Part shown: piece by piece, positions 36,095 through 48,890 of the stretch
Numbering within the stretch: position 1 is the first letter of the stretch
Layout of the letters: each line of letters begins with the position of its first letter
Assembly (NCBI RefSeq): GCF_001194135.2
Contig: NC_068983.1
Span: 53,615,253-53,668,628 of the forward strand
Length of the DNA: 53,376 nucleotides
Direction: 5' to 3'
Source of the DNA: Octopus bimaculoides
Lineage: Eukaryota
The notes under the pieces: generated by a model
Databases searched by the model: none
Seen by the model: the letters and a program-made list of their open reading frames with translations, nothing else
Told to the model about the DNA's origin: nothing
Translations under genes and position numbers: made by a program

Positions 36095-36345
36095 AAGTTC
36101 ATGGCCTTGTCCTGAGACATTCTTTGGATAAAGTCCCAGAGCTTTTTAATAATCTTTTGCCAAAAATTCTGAGAGATCTACATGGTGAGTGTGGGTATAG
36201 ATGTTTCCAAAAAATACCTCGAACTTTTGCTCTCCAAAATCCCAGAAGAACCTCATACGAGGGCAGCAGTATCAAACTTGCTCATTCTCCAAAAGCCAAA
36301 CACATGCGAATGACCATTGAAGAGGTGATGTTACTGGCAGTGCCC
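36095..36345 (+). mobile_element. CR1-like LINE 3' end relic
   Basis: PELFNNLLPKILRDLHG...DVSKKYLELLLSKIPEEP...AAVSNLL resembles CR1 terminal motifs. Confidence 0.65.
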
Positions 36346-36405
36346 CCAGTATCATCACACCCTTTAGGTTGAAACACACGGAATATTTATACATTCACAC
36401 ACACT

Positions 36406-36450
<45 letters not shown>

Positions 36451-36719
36451 NNNNNNNNNNNNNNNNNNNNNNNNNNNNNNNNNNNNNNNNNNNNNNNNNN
36501 NNNNNNNNNNNNNNNNNNNNNNNNNNNNNNNNNNNNNNNNNNNNNNNNNNNNNNNNNNNNNNNNNNNNNNNNNNNNNNNNNNNNNNNNNNNNNNNNNNNN
36601 NNNNNNNNNNNNNNNNNNNNNNNNNNNNNNNNNNNNNNNNNNNNNNNNNNNNNNNNNNNNNNNNNNNNNNNNNNNNNNNNNNNNNNNNNNNNNNNNNNNN
36701 NNNNNNNNNNNNNNNNNNN

Positions 36720-36830
36720 AATTAATAATAGAATTAACAATTAACAATTTTGCCAAGTAGTTCAGTATGAAATAAACCTTTATCGGTAAGACCATTTATC
36801 ATCATAAATATATCATAAATCGGTAAGACC
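36720..36830 (-). mobile_element. Fragment of the repeat family at 51440-51520
   Basis: ttaacaattttgcc..gtag.tcagtatgaaa.aaacc.ttatcggtaa.accatt is the reverse complement of 51441-51505. Confidence 0.6.
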
Positions 36831-37170
36831 ATGATATATATATATATATATATATAATGTCAGCAGTCCATATATCTGAAAAAGAAGCACATTCTAGGGC
36901 ATAAGAGCAGTAACTCAGAACCATGCCGAATCAGGCTGGAATTTGAACTCAGAATGTATATATATATTATGAAATTATGGCCAGCCACTGAGTGATCATT
37001 GGCTTCGCTCCTATAAAGCGCTTAGCAGTATCAGGGACTTGTCAGACTCAAATGGCTGAAGTCGCATTACCTCTCTACAAGTGGAGGATGAAATACTTAA
37101 TGGTCAGTTGGTTTTGTAAGCAAAAAGATAATTGTCCGTTCTGCAGAAGGGACGGGGTTATCTTCCTTAC

Positions 37171-37239
37171 GTCTTCTCCAGCTGTGGTGATATTCGAAGG
37201 AGGTGTGGTGTGATTATTGAACGAATGGGAATTCGAAGT
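37171..37239 (-). CDS. Candidate small exon (TSNSHSFNNHTTPPSNITTAGED, phase 0-0)
   Basis: Strong donor GAC|gtaagg; weak acceptor aaaactttag|; 69 nt. Confidence 0.25.
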
Positions 37240-37257
37240 CTAAAGTTTTAGATCAGG

Positions 37258-37465
37258 ACATGTGTGTCTATCTGTCTGTTTGTCTCTGTGTGCATCGCAT
37301 GACGACCGATGTTGGTTTGTTTACGTCCCCGTAACTTAGTGGTTCGGCAAAAGAGAGCCGATAGAATAACAACTAGGCTTACAAAGGGGGTCGGTTTGTT
37401 CGATTAAAGGCAGTGCTCCAGCATGGCCGCAGTCAAATGACCGAAACAAGTAAAAGAATAAAAGA
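37258..37465 (+). mobile_element. SINE family A, 3' half
   Basis: gtttacgtccccgtaacttag.ggttcggcaaaagaga...gcatggccgcagtcaaatgac. Confidence 0.85.
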
Positions 37466-38642
37466 AAAAAGACTACACACACACACACACATATATTCTT
37501 AGCTACAGTAGCGACAACATGAATTTCTTCCATCTTCTTGCTCTGTTAACATATTTGAGAAAAATTATATTAATGTGTCCTACTGGTTAAAATTCTATTT
37601 ATTTATTTGTGCATCTGAAGATGGCATTGCATTTAAATTGATGTAATGATTGCATTGCTCANNNNNNNNNNNNNNNNNNNNNNNNNNNNNNNNNNNNNNN
37701 NNNNNNNNNNNNNNNNNNNNNNNNNNNNNNNNNNNNNNNNNNNNNNNNNNNNNNNNNNNNNNNNNNNNNNNNNNNNNNNNNNNNNNNNNNNNNNNNNNNN
37801 NNNNNNNNNNNNNNNNNNNNNNNNNNNNNNNNNNNNNNNNNNNNNNNNNNNNNNNNNNNNNNNNNNNNNNNNNNNNNNNNNNNNNNNNNNNNNNNNNNNN
37901 NNNNNNNNNNNNNNNNNNNNNNNNNNNNNNNNNNNNNNNNNNNNNNNNNNNNNNNNNNNNNNNNNNNNNNNNNNNNNNNNNNNNNNNNNNNNNNNNNNNN
38001 NNNNNNNNNNNNNNNNNNNNNNNNNNNNNNNNNNNNNNNNNNNNNNNNNNATATATGTATGTATATTATGTGTGTATGTATGTATATATGTGTGTGTGCA
38101 TCTATAACTGAAAACGAAGACGAGAGTGGAGATTTATTCACATCCAAAATTTTTTATTGAAAGAGTTTTCTACAACATATATAACAATGACCAATATATG
38201 TTTCAATTGCAGCAATTACACATTGCTCTGTATGCAATTATGCATCCTAGTCGCTGCAATTTTAACGTTTTCAGCGTGAACTAATTCAGTAATTGAACAT
38301 TAAAGATAACAATTACGAAACAACAAGAGGACGTGCACACGGAATGTAATAGTTTGACGCTCAGCATAGATGGAGAAAAAAGAGAGGTTATTTTTTAACG
38401 TTTTGGGCATAGCGCTTCGTCAGAAAAGAAAACGGAAACATCTAGAGAAGGAGAAAATATCACTAACAACAAGTATTTATAGAACAATAGATACATATAC
38501 ATATATATATTATGTTATGATATAGTATGTGTGTGTGTGTGCGTGAAAATATTTGGATGCAAGCATATTCGCGTAATTAAAAAAGTTTGCTTCACAATCG
38601 GAAAATCTTGTATTCATTCTTTTCGAGTGTCTTCTCCCACAA

Positions 38643-38729
<87 letters not shown>

Positions 38730-39424
38730 TTTCTATTCCCATAGCTTCAGATGGGCCTTGGTAGATAACTGAGACTGGTGTCTAGAAAACTTTTGAAGAC
38801 AATCATAATAGACTCTACTCGTAACTCAAAAGTCAATCTTATTTTACAACGCGTCACGGTAGAATGCAAAATGATAGCGTTAAGGGTACAAAACCACTTA
38901 TAATAGGAAACACAAGTGTCTGGGTCACGGATTTTGTGATTCAATGAATAAGTTGTTCAGTAAGATTTAACGACTGGAATAGTCATCGTCGAAATCGACG
39001 GGAATCCATTTACCGATAACCGAACGTTTGTGTGTGTATGTGTGTACTTGTGGTGGATTTATACATTTAAATATGCAAGGGAATCTATAATAGAGGATGT
39101 TAAATTAAGGAGCTCTACCTGAAATCCACAGCAGCGTTAAATAAACGACGTCTTGCTGAATTCAATATAAATTTGTTTCTCTGAAAGCGACTTTATTTTT
39201 ATAAGGGACATAACTCATGTATTGCAAATTGAGTTATTTCCCTTAGTTGCAAATTAGATTTTGCGGTTAAGTTTATGTTTAGTTCTAACTGAGCGGCACT
39301 TTGAACAAAGTTATTCCACAGCGACCATTCCGTCTTTTGAATGATATCTAAACTTATATTATTTTGTGTGATTTTTTTTTTCATACAAGAAAGAAGGGTA
39401 TATTTCATGAAGATTTGGCTGTTA

Positions 39425-39835
39425 TTTGTGGTAGGACGTGAGAGAACTGTTTCTAATTTAGCAACTGTGTGGGAGGGACTAATTGAATAGTAAATTTTTG
39501 AAACTCAGCAGGACGAAAGGCAAAGATAAACTTTAGCGGGATTTGAACACAGAATGTAAAGAGCAGGAAGAAATATCGTTTGCTATTTTTTCCGACACTC
39601 TACTGATTCTGCCAGCTCACCTCCTTATACATCTATACTAGGCCAGAATTTCAGCGGGGAGAGGATAGAAGATTACAGCAACTCAATTACTTGAGTGGTA
39701 CTTTAATTTATCGATATCTGAAAGGATGAAAGGCTAAGTCGTGCTCGACTGGATTTGAACTCAGAACGTAGTGAGTCGGACGATGTACAGCGAAGCTTTG
39801 TCCGACGTGCTAACGATTCTGCCAGTTTCACCTTA
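39425..39835 (-). mobile_element. Two tandem decayed SINE family B copies
   Basis: Family B motifs ending ttctgccag(c/t)t(c/t)cacc. Confidence 0.7.
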
Positions 39836-41309
39836 CTACGGTAAAACAAGTGACAAAGATATTAAAATTTTTGGTTTTAAACATTGATATTCAAATAACA
39901 ATGAAACAACTTATAACAATGTTATTTTCCTTAATTACGAATTAATGATAAAAAAAATAGCAGAACCAAACAGTTTTCCGAATTACACAATCCCATTAAC
40001 AACACAGTAATTAAGAAGTATATAATTTCGCATCATTAAATCCAAAGAGATAGAAAAGAAGGGGGGAAAACATTATTAGGTTTTTGATTTTGTTTTTGTT
40101 TTACGCTCAATTTTCTTCACAACGCTAGATTTTCTGGGGGTTTTTTTCTTCTTTTTAATTATAATTGTAAAATCAATAAACGATGAATTTTCCAGTTAGG
40201 AAATCCTGAATCTTTTTTAATTTCTTTTCACCCTCAGAATTTTTTCAAATTTTCTTCATCGATCTAGTTTTGCATGCTGAGGACGAAAATCATAGTAATT
40301 TTGTAAAGAAACTAATTCAAAAAAGGATTTAGGCTCTTTCTCATAGAAGCAAACAATTTCGACTGCCGGTTCGTCGGCAACAGAGGCTTCTGGTTAGCTA
40401 AAGTTACATTACTTTAAAGGCTTGTAGCTTTTTAATTATTAATTTCTAGAGAAAACGAATGTTATTTTTGTCATCAGCATACAAAACCACTTATAATAGG
40501 AAACTTGAAAAATTCTGACGGTGGAAAGAAATTTAAACAGATCCGAAATCCTCAAAGGTCCAAGATGTTACATAGTTTCTTAACCACGTAGCTATGTCTA
40601 AAATGGATATAAGGGTTATAACATATTAGTTAATATGGAACCTCTATGTGATCATTCTACCAGCTAGAAATAGCAGCTCAATCTTTTTCAAATCACTGGC
40701 AGTCGACTTAAAACAAAGGAAAATAAAAACTCGTTAGTTAAATAAAAACTCGTTAGTTAACGCAGTCCCGGATCAAAAGGAAGGGATTCCTTAAGCTTTG
40801 ATTGGTAATGCCAGTTCGATCAGTTTTTAACCTGGAGTTAAACAACCAATCACCACACGCACGCACGCACACACATGCACATACGCAAACGACATGCATT
40901 CATATATACATACACACATTCACGCATGTATAGTGGCTTTATGCAGGCATAGCGTAGATTCGATCCTCGATCGCCAAATTCACTTAACAGTTCAACAGCA
41001 TTTTTCTCACGGTAAAACAGTAGTTTTTACTGTGAGAGACAGCAGTTACATTTACCAGATGCTTTCGCTGAGCAGAATAATGTTTTTGCCACTTGACCCC
41101 TGCTAACCTTTTGTATGCGGTGGAGAGTGAAATCGACAGAACAATAGACCTCCCAAAATACCCATTGTTTGGATAACGGTGTATCTCTCTTTCTCGTGAT
41201 CTGGTGATAATTACATACACAATTGGTTAGTGAGAACGGAGCCTGGCTGACCGGCTGAAAAAAAAAACGCCGTCTCTAAAGAAAAAGGCACAAAGGGTCA
41301 ACTATGGTA

Positions 41310-41600
41310 ACTCACCAACGAAGCAATTGTTTCGTCCCACCACTCTCACTTTCACTAACTCTTTTCTCTGGAACATTACTATATCTCTCTCTCTATATAT
41401 ATATATACTACTATGAGATTGTCTACACACATACAGGCCGAAATTAACTCTTTGTTTCTTTTTTACCTCGCATATTTTTTCATTTACTAATTATACATAC
41501 CAACCCGTCGTGGTTTTGGATAGATACAAAGTAACGGTAAATAAAAATCTCTTTACAACTTCAGTCACTGTTTTTCTTCCATCTTGCATATTGGCAACCA
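41310..41600 (-). mobile_element. Second copy of the 22288-22790 repeat family
   Basis: Shared motifs listed for 22288-22790. Confidence 0.55.
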
Positions 41601-41678
41601 ACACTTTAACAATAACCATTACACGTGTATAGCTCGTATATATGTGTTTACGTATTTTGTATACGTTTGGACACACAC

Positions 41679-41718
<40 letters not shown>

Positions 41719-42859
41719 GCACATACGCACACGAGACATGCATACATATATACATACGCACATACATATATATGCATGTATAGCTCTGTGTATATGTGTG
41801 TTTGTGTATTTTGTATGCGTTTGGATGCATTTCTCCCCTCTCTCTCTCTCTCTCTCCATCAATCCATACATCTATGTGTGTACATACGTATGTATGTATG
41901 TATGTGGGTGTGTGTGGGTGTGTATGTATGTATATGAATTCATGTGTGCACGAATGTGTGTGTGTGTGTGTGTGTCTGGACATGAAAGCGCCTGGCCGCT
42001 TCCACATCATCGCTATATCCTGACCCCGTTTCTATAAACTAATTTACTTCAAAATCATAAACCCCATTAATGGACAGTGCCATTGTTTTCATCCTCCAAT
42101 TAATGCGTCAATTAACGACAATTTATTAGGCTCCCCGCCCCTAATTCTGATCTATGTTTACAAGAACCTTCATGCTCCAATGAACATCGGTTTTACAAAC
42201 TTTCATGTCGGCTCCATTAACATACCATAACGCCCATTCATACAACATGATAAATTAAACCTATTAACCTTCAGTTTTTCCGAATATCCCCCCTTCCCCC
42301 CACACACACACGCACACACACGCACACACACGCACACACACACACACACACATACACACGCACACACACTCACACACACATGCACACACACTCACACACA
42401 CATGCACGCACGCACACTCAAATTCCCGCGCAGCTCATTTTCCTTATACTCCGTATCGTCTGCCATTTCAAATTATAAATTACGGAGAAATCACTTGGAG
42501 AATATGGAGCGTTTTGGAAGAAAATCTAATGGTTGTTCCCCCCACCTCGAATATATTGAAAGACGTGACCATAAAATGTGTAGAATAAGGCAAACTCGCG
42601 AGGACAGTATATGCTGTCGATGCCCTCAGAAAAAAAAAACGTGAAACTGCAGAATAAAATCAGAAGACACAATTGTGATATTGTATGTGTTAATACGAAA
42701 TTAAATGAGATCTATTTTTTATATTATTTGAAATGTGAAGCATACTCTGTAGACCTTCGAAATCTTTCTGCTAAAATTGTATTGAAACCATTTGTGGAAA
42801 AGAAAGAGACAGAAAGAAGAAAAACAACTGTGCAGCACCAAGCGCTTCAACTGGTCGCA

Positions 42860-43330
42860 CACCACAAAGTTCAACGGAACTTACTGAAGCAAGTCAACAC
42901 ACTCGCAGCATTACCACAGTCGATGGCGAAGCTAAGGCGTTAGAAAAGTCAAGCGACCTTACAGGCATTACCTGACATCTCGGTGAGGCGAGCTGCCAAC
43001 TATGACAAGAACTTCGCGGTTAGTGGACCTGTCCCTCCGAACGTCTCAAAAACCACAAGCTGGAAGAGATAGATCAATGTCAGGTCCCGATACTTCAACG
43101 TTTTGTTTAGTTCGGGTACAGGAGTGACCCTTCCATTTACTGCAGCATCCAGGATGTGGGAGGGAACAAAAGTGTTGCAGACTGTAGCGTCCCAAATGAG
43201 GCACCTACCTCTAACCTAAGAACAGAGTGTAAGACCATCTGCTCTCTTCCATCACTTCTGGATAATCTTGTCGGTTCTGCCGAATGTACTACGCTGGTTT
43301 GTTATCAAGCCAACAAAAGAGAGATTGTTC
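42860..43330 (-). mobile_element. CRE-clade retrotransposon REL endonuclease region
   Basis: EPTRLSRSDG..DGLTL..RGRCLIWDATVCNTFVPSH..K.LKYRDL..FQLVVFETFG..RLSFAIDCGNAASV, frameshifted. Confidence 0.8.
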
Positions 43331-43679
43331 ATGAAATATTTAGTTACGCCATCTGTACTAAATATTTTCTAAATACTTCTGTCTGATTTGTTTTGATATC
43401 ATGTCATTTTGTGACACGTTGATCCGCGGATTCCAACCAAATGATACATGGTTTATGATACGAGTCCTCCGAACAATTTCTTTCAGACATATGAGAATAT
43501 GCATAGAATTCTAAATACTGGATATTTGCCGTGCAATTTATATTTTAATTTGCACCACACATACGCATGCGCGCGCACACATTCATATAAGCATATATAT
43601 AAATATAACTACTAGAGTGAAGAATGCTTCCATATATACACACACACACACACACATATATGTATATATATATAGTATA

Positions 43680-43860
43680 TATAGGGAGAATTCACAAAAA
43701 AAAAGACGAAGACAGGTGGTGTAGAAAACAAACAGATGTATTAGTATAAGGCTCGGGAAATGAATAAGTCTTTAAGGTTTCGAGCCTAAGCTCTTCCACA
43801 GAAAGAAACACAGTAAGAAACGAGGAGAGAAGAAAATTGTGTGTAGTGACTATCGATCTA
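43680..43860 (-). mobile_element. PLE terminal repeat family A
   Basis: cttt-CTGTGGA-A-GAGC ttag GCTC-GAAAC-CTT-aaagac at 43768-43806. Confidence 0.7.
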
Positions 43861-43880
43861 TCATGGCGAATATGTATATG

Positions 43881-43951
<71 letters not shown>

Positions 43952-44005
43952 TCAACTTACGATGAAAGTAAACAAAGTTTGCTTTAGAAGCGTTGAGATG
44001 TATAT

Positions 44006-44163
44006 TGAAAGATACAGAAATAATTTATTCTCAAACGCATGATAATGCTAATACAATAGCATGAACAGAATAAACTATTCATATTTTTTCTGCAGTATAT
44101 GGATAGTTTATCCTGTATTAGCATTATCATGCGTTTGAGAATAAATTATTTCTGTATCTTTCA
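44006..44163. repeat. Fold-back with perfect 50-bp arms
   Basis: 44006-44055/44114-44163; second inner pairing acagaataaactattcata / tatggatagtttatcctgt. Confidence 0.88.
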
Positions 44164-44639
44164 TATATATATATATATGTATATATAAATGTGTGTGTGT
44201 GTATATCACGTGATTACGTGACCGACCAGGCTATCAGGTGTTCTTATACATCGCTGGTCACAATGCGCTTTTGCATTGTTTTAGCCCTTCAAAGGACGCC
44301 ACCCCGCTGGCTAGGAGAGCAGGCCAACATTCTTATATGTAGACATGCCATGCTATGGCACCACATTGGAAGGTTTAGTCAATCATATTGATAACAGTAC
44401 TTTAAGCCTGGTACCTAATTTATCGATCAGTTTATCGAATTCTTAAGATAAGTGAGATAACCAAACACTTGTAAACACAAGCACACGTACACATACACGA
44501 CAGGCTTTCATATAGTTTCCGCCAGCTAAATTCACTCAGAAAATATTGGTCGACCTGAGGTTACAATAGATGATATCTACCTTAAGAACTACGGAGTAAC
44601 GAAGTAGCTAATCGAAATTCTTAACTGCATAATGTTGTG

Positions 44640-46010
44640 TATGTTGAGATTAAGTGTTAGATTAGAAACCGCATTAATTTGAGGAACTGTGCTATTTAAA
44701 GAGAACCGTGTTAACCGGGGTGTGTTTACTGTGTTTCTATAACCTCCAGTTTATTACTATCAGTTCTAAACGAGTGAGTACCGTTAGTAGAAATGGTGAA
44801 AGTGCTAAAAAGAAGAAAGTGATAGGATTAAAGAAAAATTAGCCAACATAAAGTAGTGTTATAAAAGCTAAAACAGACCGAAACGCTCTGTCGATGAATA
44901 ATCAGTACTCAATATTATTCAGGAACACGAAGTTTTACAAAGAACAGGAATAATGGATTGTTTCATCAAAGGATTTCAAACGAACAAGAACCAGAATCAC
45001 AACACAGGCTGAAGGAGAACGTCTTTTATCAATTTGAATTGAAGATTGCAATGAAAAACGCAATTCCTTTAAGCCAAATGACTATCAAAACGAAGATTGT
45101 CAGCCTGTTTGCAGCTGTCCAAAGAAAACAGAAAGAAGGAAAGCGAAAGAGGAGGGAAAACAAATATAGCATTTTCTGGAAGTTCTGGATGGTTCGGTAT
45201 GTTTAGAAAATGATTTGGAATTCATAAGTTTTGGGTGAAGGTTGAAAAAGAAAGAACAAGTGCAGACGATCGTGTCATAGTTAGATAATTCAACGAAACG
45301 GCAAAAAAGAAAAATAATCAAAAGAAAAAACATATTGAAGATGGTAGTTATGTTGATGGATGGACAAATTATAAATGTTGACGAAAAGAGGTGGTTTTGA
45401 AAACGAATGCATAATAAAATTTGATGAAGAAAGAAAAATTGTAATCTGGTTTCGAAGTAGAAATGTGCTGATGATTTAGAATAAGCCCCCGTCAATCTAT
45501 CAACCAGAAAACCTATGTTCTCTTAGAGAGTTCAACAAATATTCGCGAGCAGTTTGCTGTAAATCCAACAATAAAAGCTTGGAGACCTAAGTGCGATCGG
45601 TTGTACCACAGCCAGATAAACCGAAATAACAGGGGGTGCGGGGTGAACATTGCAGCTGATAGTTAACTTGATGGACAATTGTAAAAGTTGACGTCATAAA
45701 TGTTAACAATCTGAATTACAAAGTCCGTATTTGCAGATTAGTTAAGAGATCGAAATATAATGTAAATTTATAGATGGAAAATTGAAAATTTCATTAATTT
45801 AGGACGATGCTCCGCGTTGCCCAGCTGCATTTAATGATCTGTGCCAAAATATTAAGGTTGTGTGTTTAACCACCGAATACGAATCTCTTGCAGTCAATAG
45901 ACGAACAGTAGTGATGACTGCAACATAGAAGACCTAGTACTTACTAAAAGCGTATGTCCAAGCCATTGAAAAGTACAACGGTAGAAAATACAGTCTATTT
46001 TATATTCATT
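44640..46010 (+). mobile_element. pogo/Tigger transposase relic
   Basis: NAIPLSQMTIKTKIVSLF, FSGSSGWF, QIINVDEKRWF, DDAPRCP..NIKVVCL; many lesions. Confidence 0.75.
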
Positions 46011-46059
46011 AAAACTTCAACATAAAGAATGCATTAGAAAATATTGGTGTCGAAGTTTG

Positions 46060-46240
46060 GTACAAGACCAGCAAGTCCTGGCAAGGGGGTACGTCAACTG
46101 GTACTTATTTCATCAACCTGAAAGGATAAAAGGTGAAAATCGACCACGACGGAATTTGAACTCAGAACGTAAAGATGGACAAAATGCCACTAAGCATTTT
46201 GCCTGGCGAGCTAAAGATTCTGCCAGTTCGCCGCCTTTGC
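46060..46240 (-). mobile_element. SINE family B
   Basis: Family B motifs. Confidence 0.8.
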
Positions 46241-46424
46241 ATGAAGAAAATATTAATGATAAATAGTATGAGGTAATAATCAACAATACGCCTGTATGAT
46301 ACAGAACACGCGAGCTAAATATGATATAGGATGTATAATTATTATTCATTATCGTGCATGTCATATCCTGTATTATACATATTAGGTCTAAAGGTCTGTC
46401 TTAAGCCCAAGGACTCTTAAAGTT

Positions 46425-46620
46425 GGTTACCCAATTCTCATGGACCGAGAAAACATTACTCCCGAACTGGACGCTGATCGTGTCGTAGGGTTATTCATTT
46501 TACAGCTGAATGGACTGAAGCAACCAGAAATGACATTGAAAGGAAATTGTTTTGCTCAAATACACAACACAAAACCACGATCTTACGACAAGTGCAATAC
46601 CTTAACTGCTTGGCCACGCG
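46425..46620 (-). mobile_element. Decayed tRNA-type SINE
   Basis: attttacagctgaatggactgaagcaa...gttttgctcaaatacacaacac. Confidence 0.5.
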
Positions 46621-46697
46621 CCTTCATATCCATATTATATGATGTTATACATCATGCTTTTGTTTTTTTACCATATCATGTATAATTTTGAATCATA

Positions 46698-47032
46698 GGC
46701 GCAGGAGTGGCTGTGTGGTAAGTAACTTGCTTACCAACCACATGGTTCCGGGTTCAGTCCCACTGCGTGGCACCTTGGGCAAGTGTCTTCTGCTATAGCA
46801 TCGGGCCGACCAAAGCCTTGTGAGTGGATTTGGTAGACGGAAACTGAAAGAAGCACGTCGTATATATATATGTGTGTGTGTGTGTGTTTGTTTGTGTGTC
46901 TGTATTTGTCCCCCCACCATCGCTTGACAACCGATGCTGGTGTGTTTACGTCCCCGTAACTTAGCGGTTCGGCAAAAAGAGACCGACAGAATAAGTACTA
47001 GGCTAACAAAGAATAAGTCCTGGAGTCGATTT
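46698..47032 (+). mobile_element. SINE family A, young copy, runs into gap
   Basis: Near-identical to 52931-53315. Confidence 0.92.
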
Positions 47033-48479
47033 NNNNNNNNNNNNNNNNNNNNNNNNNNNNNNNNNNNNNNNNNNNNNNNNNNNNNNNNNNNNNNNNNNNN
47101 NNNNNNNNNNNNNNNNNNNNNNNNNNNNNNNNNNNNNNNNNNNNNNNNNNNNNNNNNNNNNNNNNNNNNNNNNNNNNNNNNNNNNNNNNNNNNNNNNNNN
47201 NNNNNNNNNNNNNNNNNNNNNNNNNNNNNNNNNNNNNNNNNNNNNNNNNNNNNNNNNNNNNNNNNNNNNNNNNNNNNNNNNNNNNNNNNNNNNNNNNNNN
47301 NNNNNNNNNNNNNNNNNNNNNNNNNNNNNNNNNNNNNNNNNNNNNNNNNNNNNNNNNNNNNNNNNNNNNNNNNNNNNNNNNNNNNNNNNNNNNNNNNNNN
47401 NNNNNNNNNNNNNNNNNNNNNNNNNNNNNNNNNNNNNNNNNNNNNNNNNNNNNNNNNNNNNNNNNNNNNNNNNNNNNNNNNNNNNNNNNNNNNNNNNNNN
47501 NNNNNNNNNNNNNNNNNNNNNNNNNNNNNNNNNNNNNNNNNNNNNNNNNNNNNNNNNNNNNNNNNNNNNNNNNNNNNNNNNNNNNNNNNNNNNNNNNNNN
47601 NNNNNNNNNNNNNNNNNNNNNNNNNNNNNNNNNNNNNNNNNNNNNNNNNNNNNNNNNNNNNNNNNNTTTTTTTTTTTTTTGTTAAGAAGACTAAGAGTAA
47701 AAGATGTTTTATATGACACATTCTACCAGTGTCCCAAGTTTCAAAGTGTTTCGTTAAGAAAATACTGGCGTCCCCGTTTTAAAATAGATCCCTCAATCGT
47801 ACTGTATAGTCAACAGAATATCTTAATGTACTATATTAAATTTTACAGCCGAGCGCGCGTACGCGCACACACACACACAACACATGCGTACGCACACACA
47901 CAACACGTGCGTACGCACACACACACACACTTATCATACTAACGCTATCAAACTTTATTACTCATCGAAGCCTTTAAGATAGTAAAAGAACACGCCAGTT
48001 TTAGAAGTAAGGGGAGCAAACTCAGTGCTGGGTAATCGGTAACAATTTGCGCCCAGCAGGAATATACGTTGTTGGTTCAGACAACGTGAATAGTTTTATA
48101 GTTGATTGCTGTTTTCAATCTGTGATTAATGGTTTATGATTATAATCGTATAGCATTTAATATTCTAGATGTCTAAGAATGTTGCTGTAGAGCAGCCATA
48201 GACTGCCGGTGAGCCGCAAAACTTGCTGAATACCACGCCTAATTTCACGAGGAAAATGACAAAAATCTTTTAGTAGTGCGGTTGCATGAGACGAGCCTTG
48301 TCTCATGCAGCTTCGCTTTTCTATAAAGGTTGCTCATGCCTGTCGTAAAGTTTGCCATTTTCATGAGTTATAGAGGCGCTGTCGTGACAAACATGTCTTG
48401 GACATTTTAAAACCCGGTGGAACCATCCTTTCCTCAGCTCTGATTACAGCAAATTTCTTTTACAAAAAGAAAGCGAGGC

Positions 48480-48890
48480 AGACAGACGAAAAGAATGAGA
48501 AGAAACGACCCAAGTACACGACTGATGCTCCATTTATTGATCCCAAAAGAAGGTAAAGCAAAGTTTTCGGCGACGGGATTTGAACCCAGAATAAAGCAGC
48601 ATAACTAAATACCGTAAGATATTTCGTCCGCTCCATTAATGCATCTGTCGACCCACCACTTAATGCGAATAGAATAATCCTTTCTATTATAGGCACAAGG
48701 CCGGAAGTTTTGTGGGGAAGTAGTTAGTCGATTACGCCGACTCCAGTGCCTGACTGGTATTTATTTTATCGATTGTGTTAGGATGAAAGGTAAAGTCGAC
48801 CATGGCGGAATCTGAACTCAGACCGTAAGGACGGACGAAATGCTGCTAGGCTTTTTGCCTGGCGTGCTAACGATTCTGTCAGTTCACCAA
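48480..48890 (-). mobile_element. Two tandem SINE family B copies
   Basis: Family B motifs. Confidence 0.75.

Noticed and set aside
39199-39408. Minus ORF DIIQKTEWSLWNNFVQSAAQLEL...
   Set aside because: Weak acceptor and donor, and no recognisable homology
5-42451. Numerous ORFs rich in HT/YI/CV/RE/MYVC repeats, including His-rich 29615-29797 and 30187-30811
   Set aside because: They are translations of (CA)n, (AT)n, (AG)n, (TATG)n and (GGT)n microsatellites
1576-47721. Long ORFs containing X runs
   Set aside because: They are open only because they span N gaps
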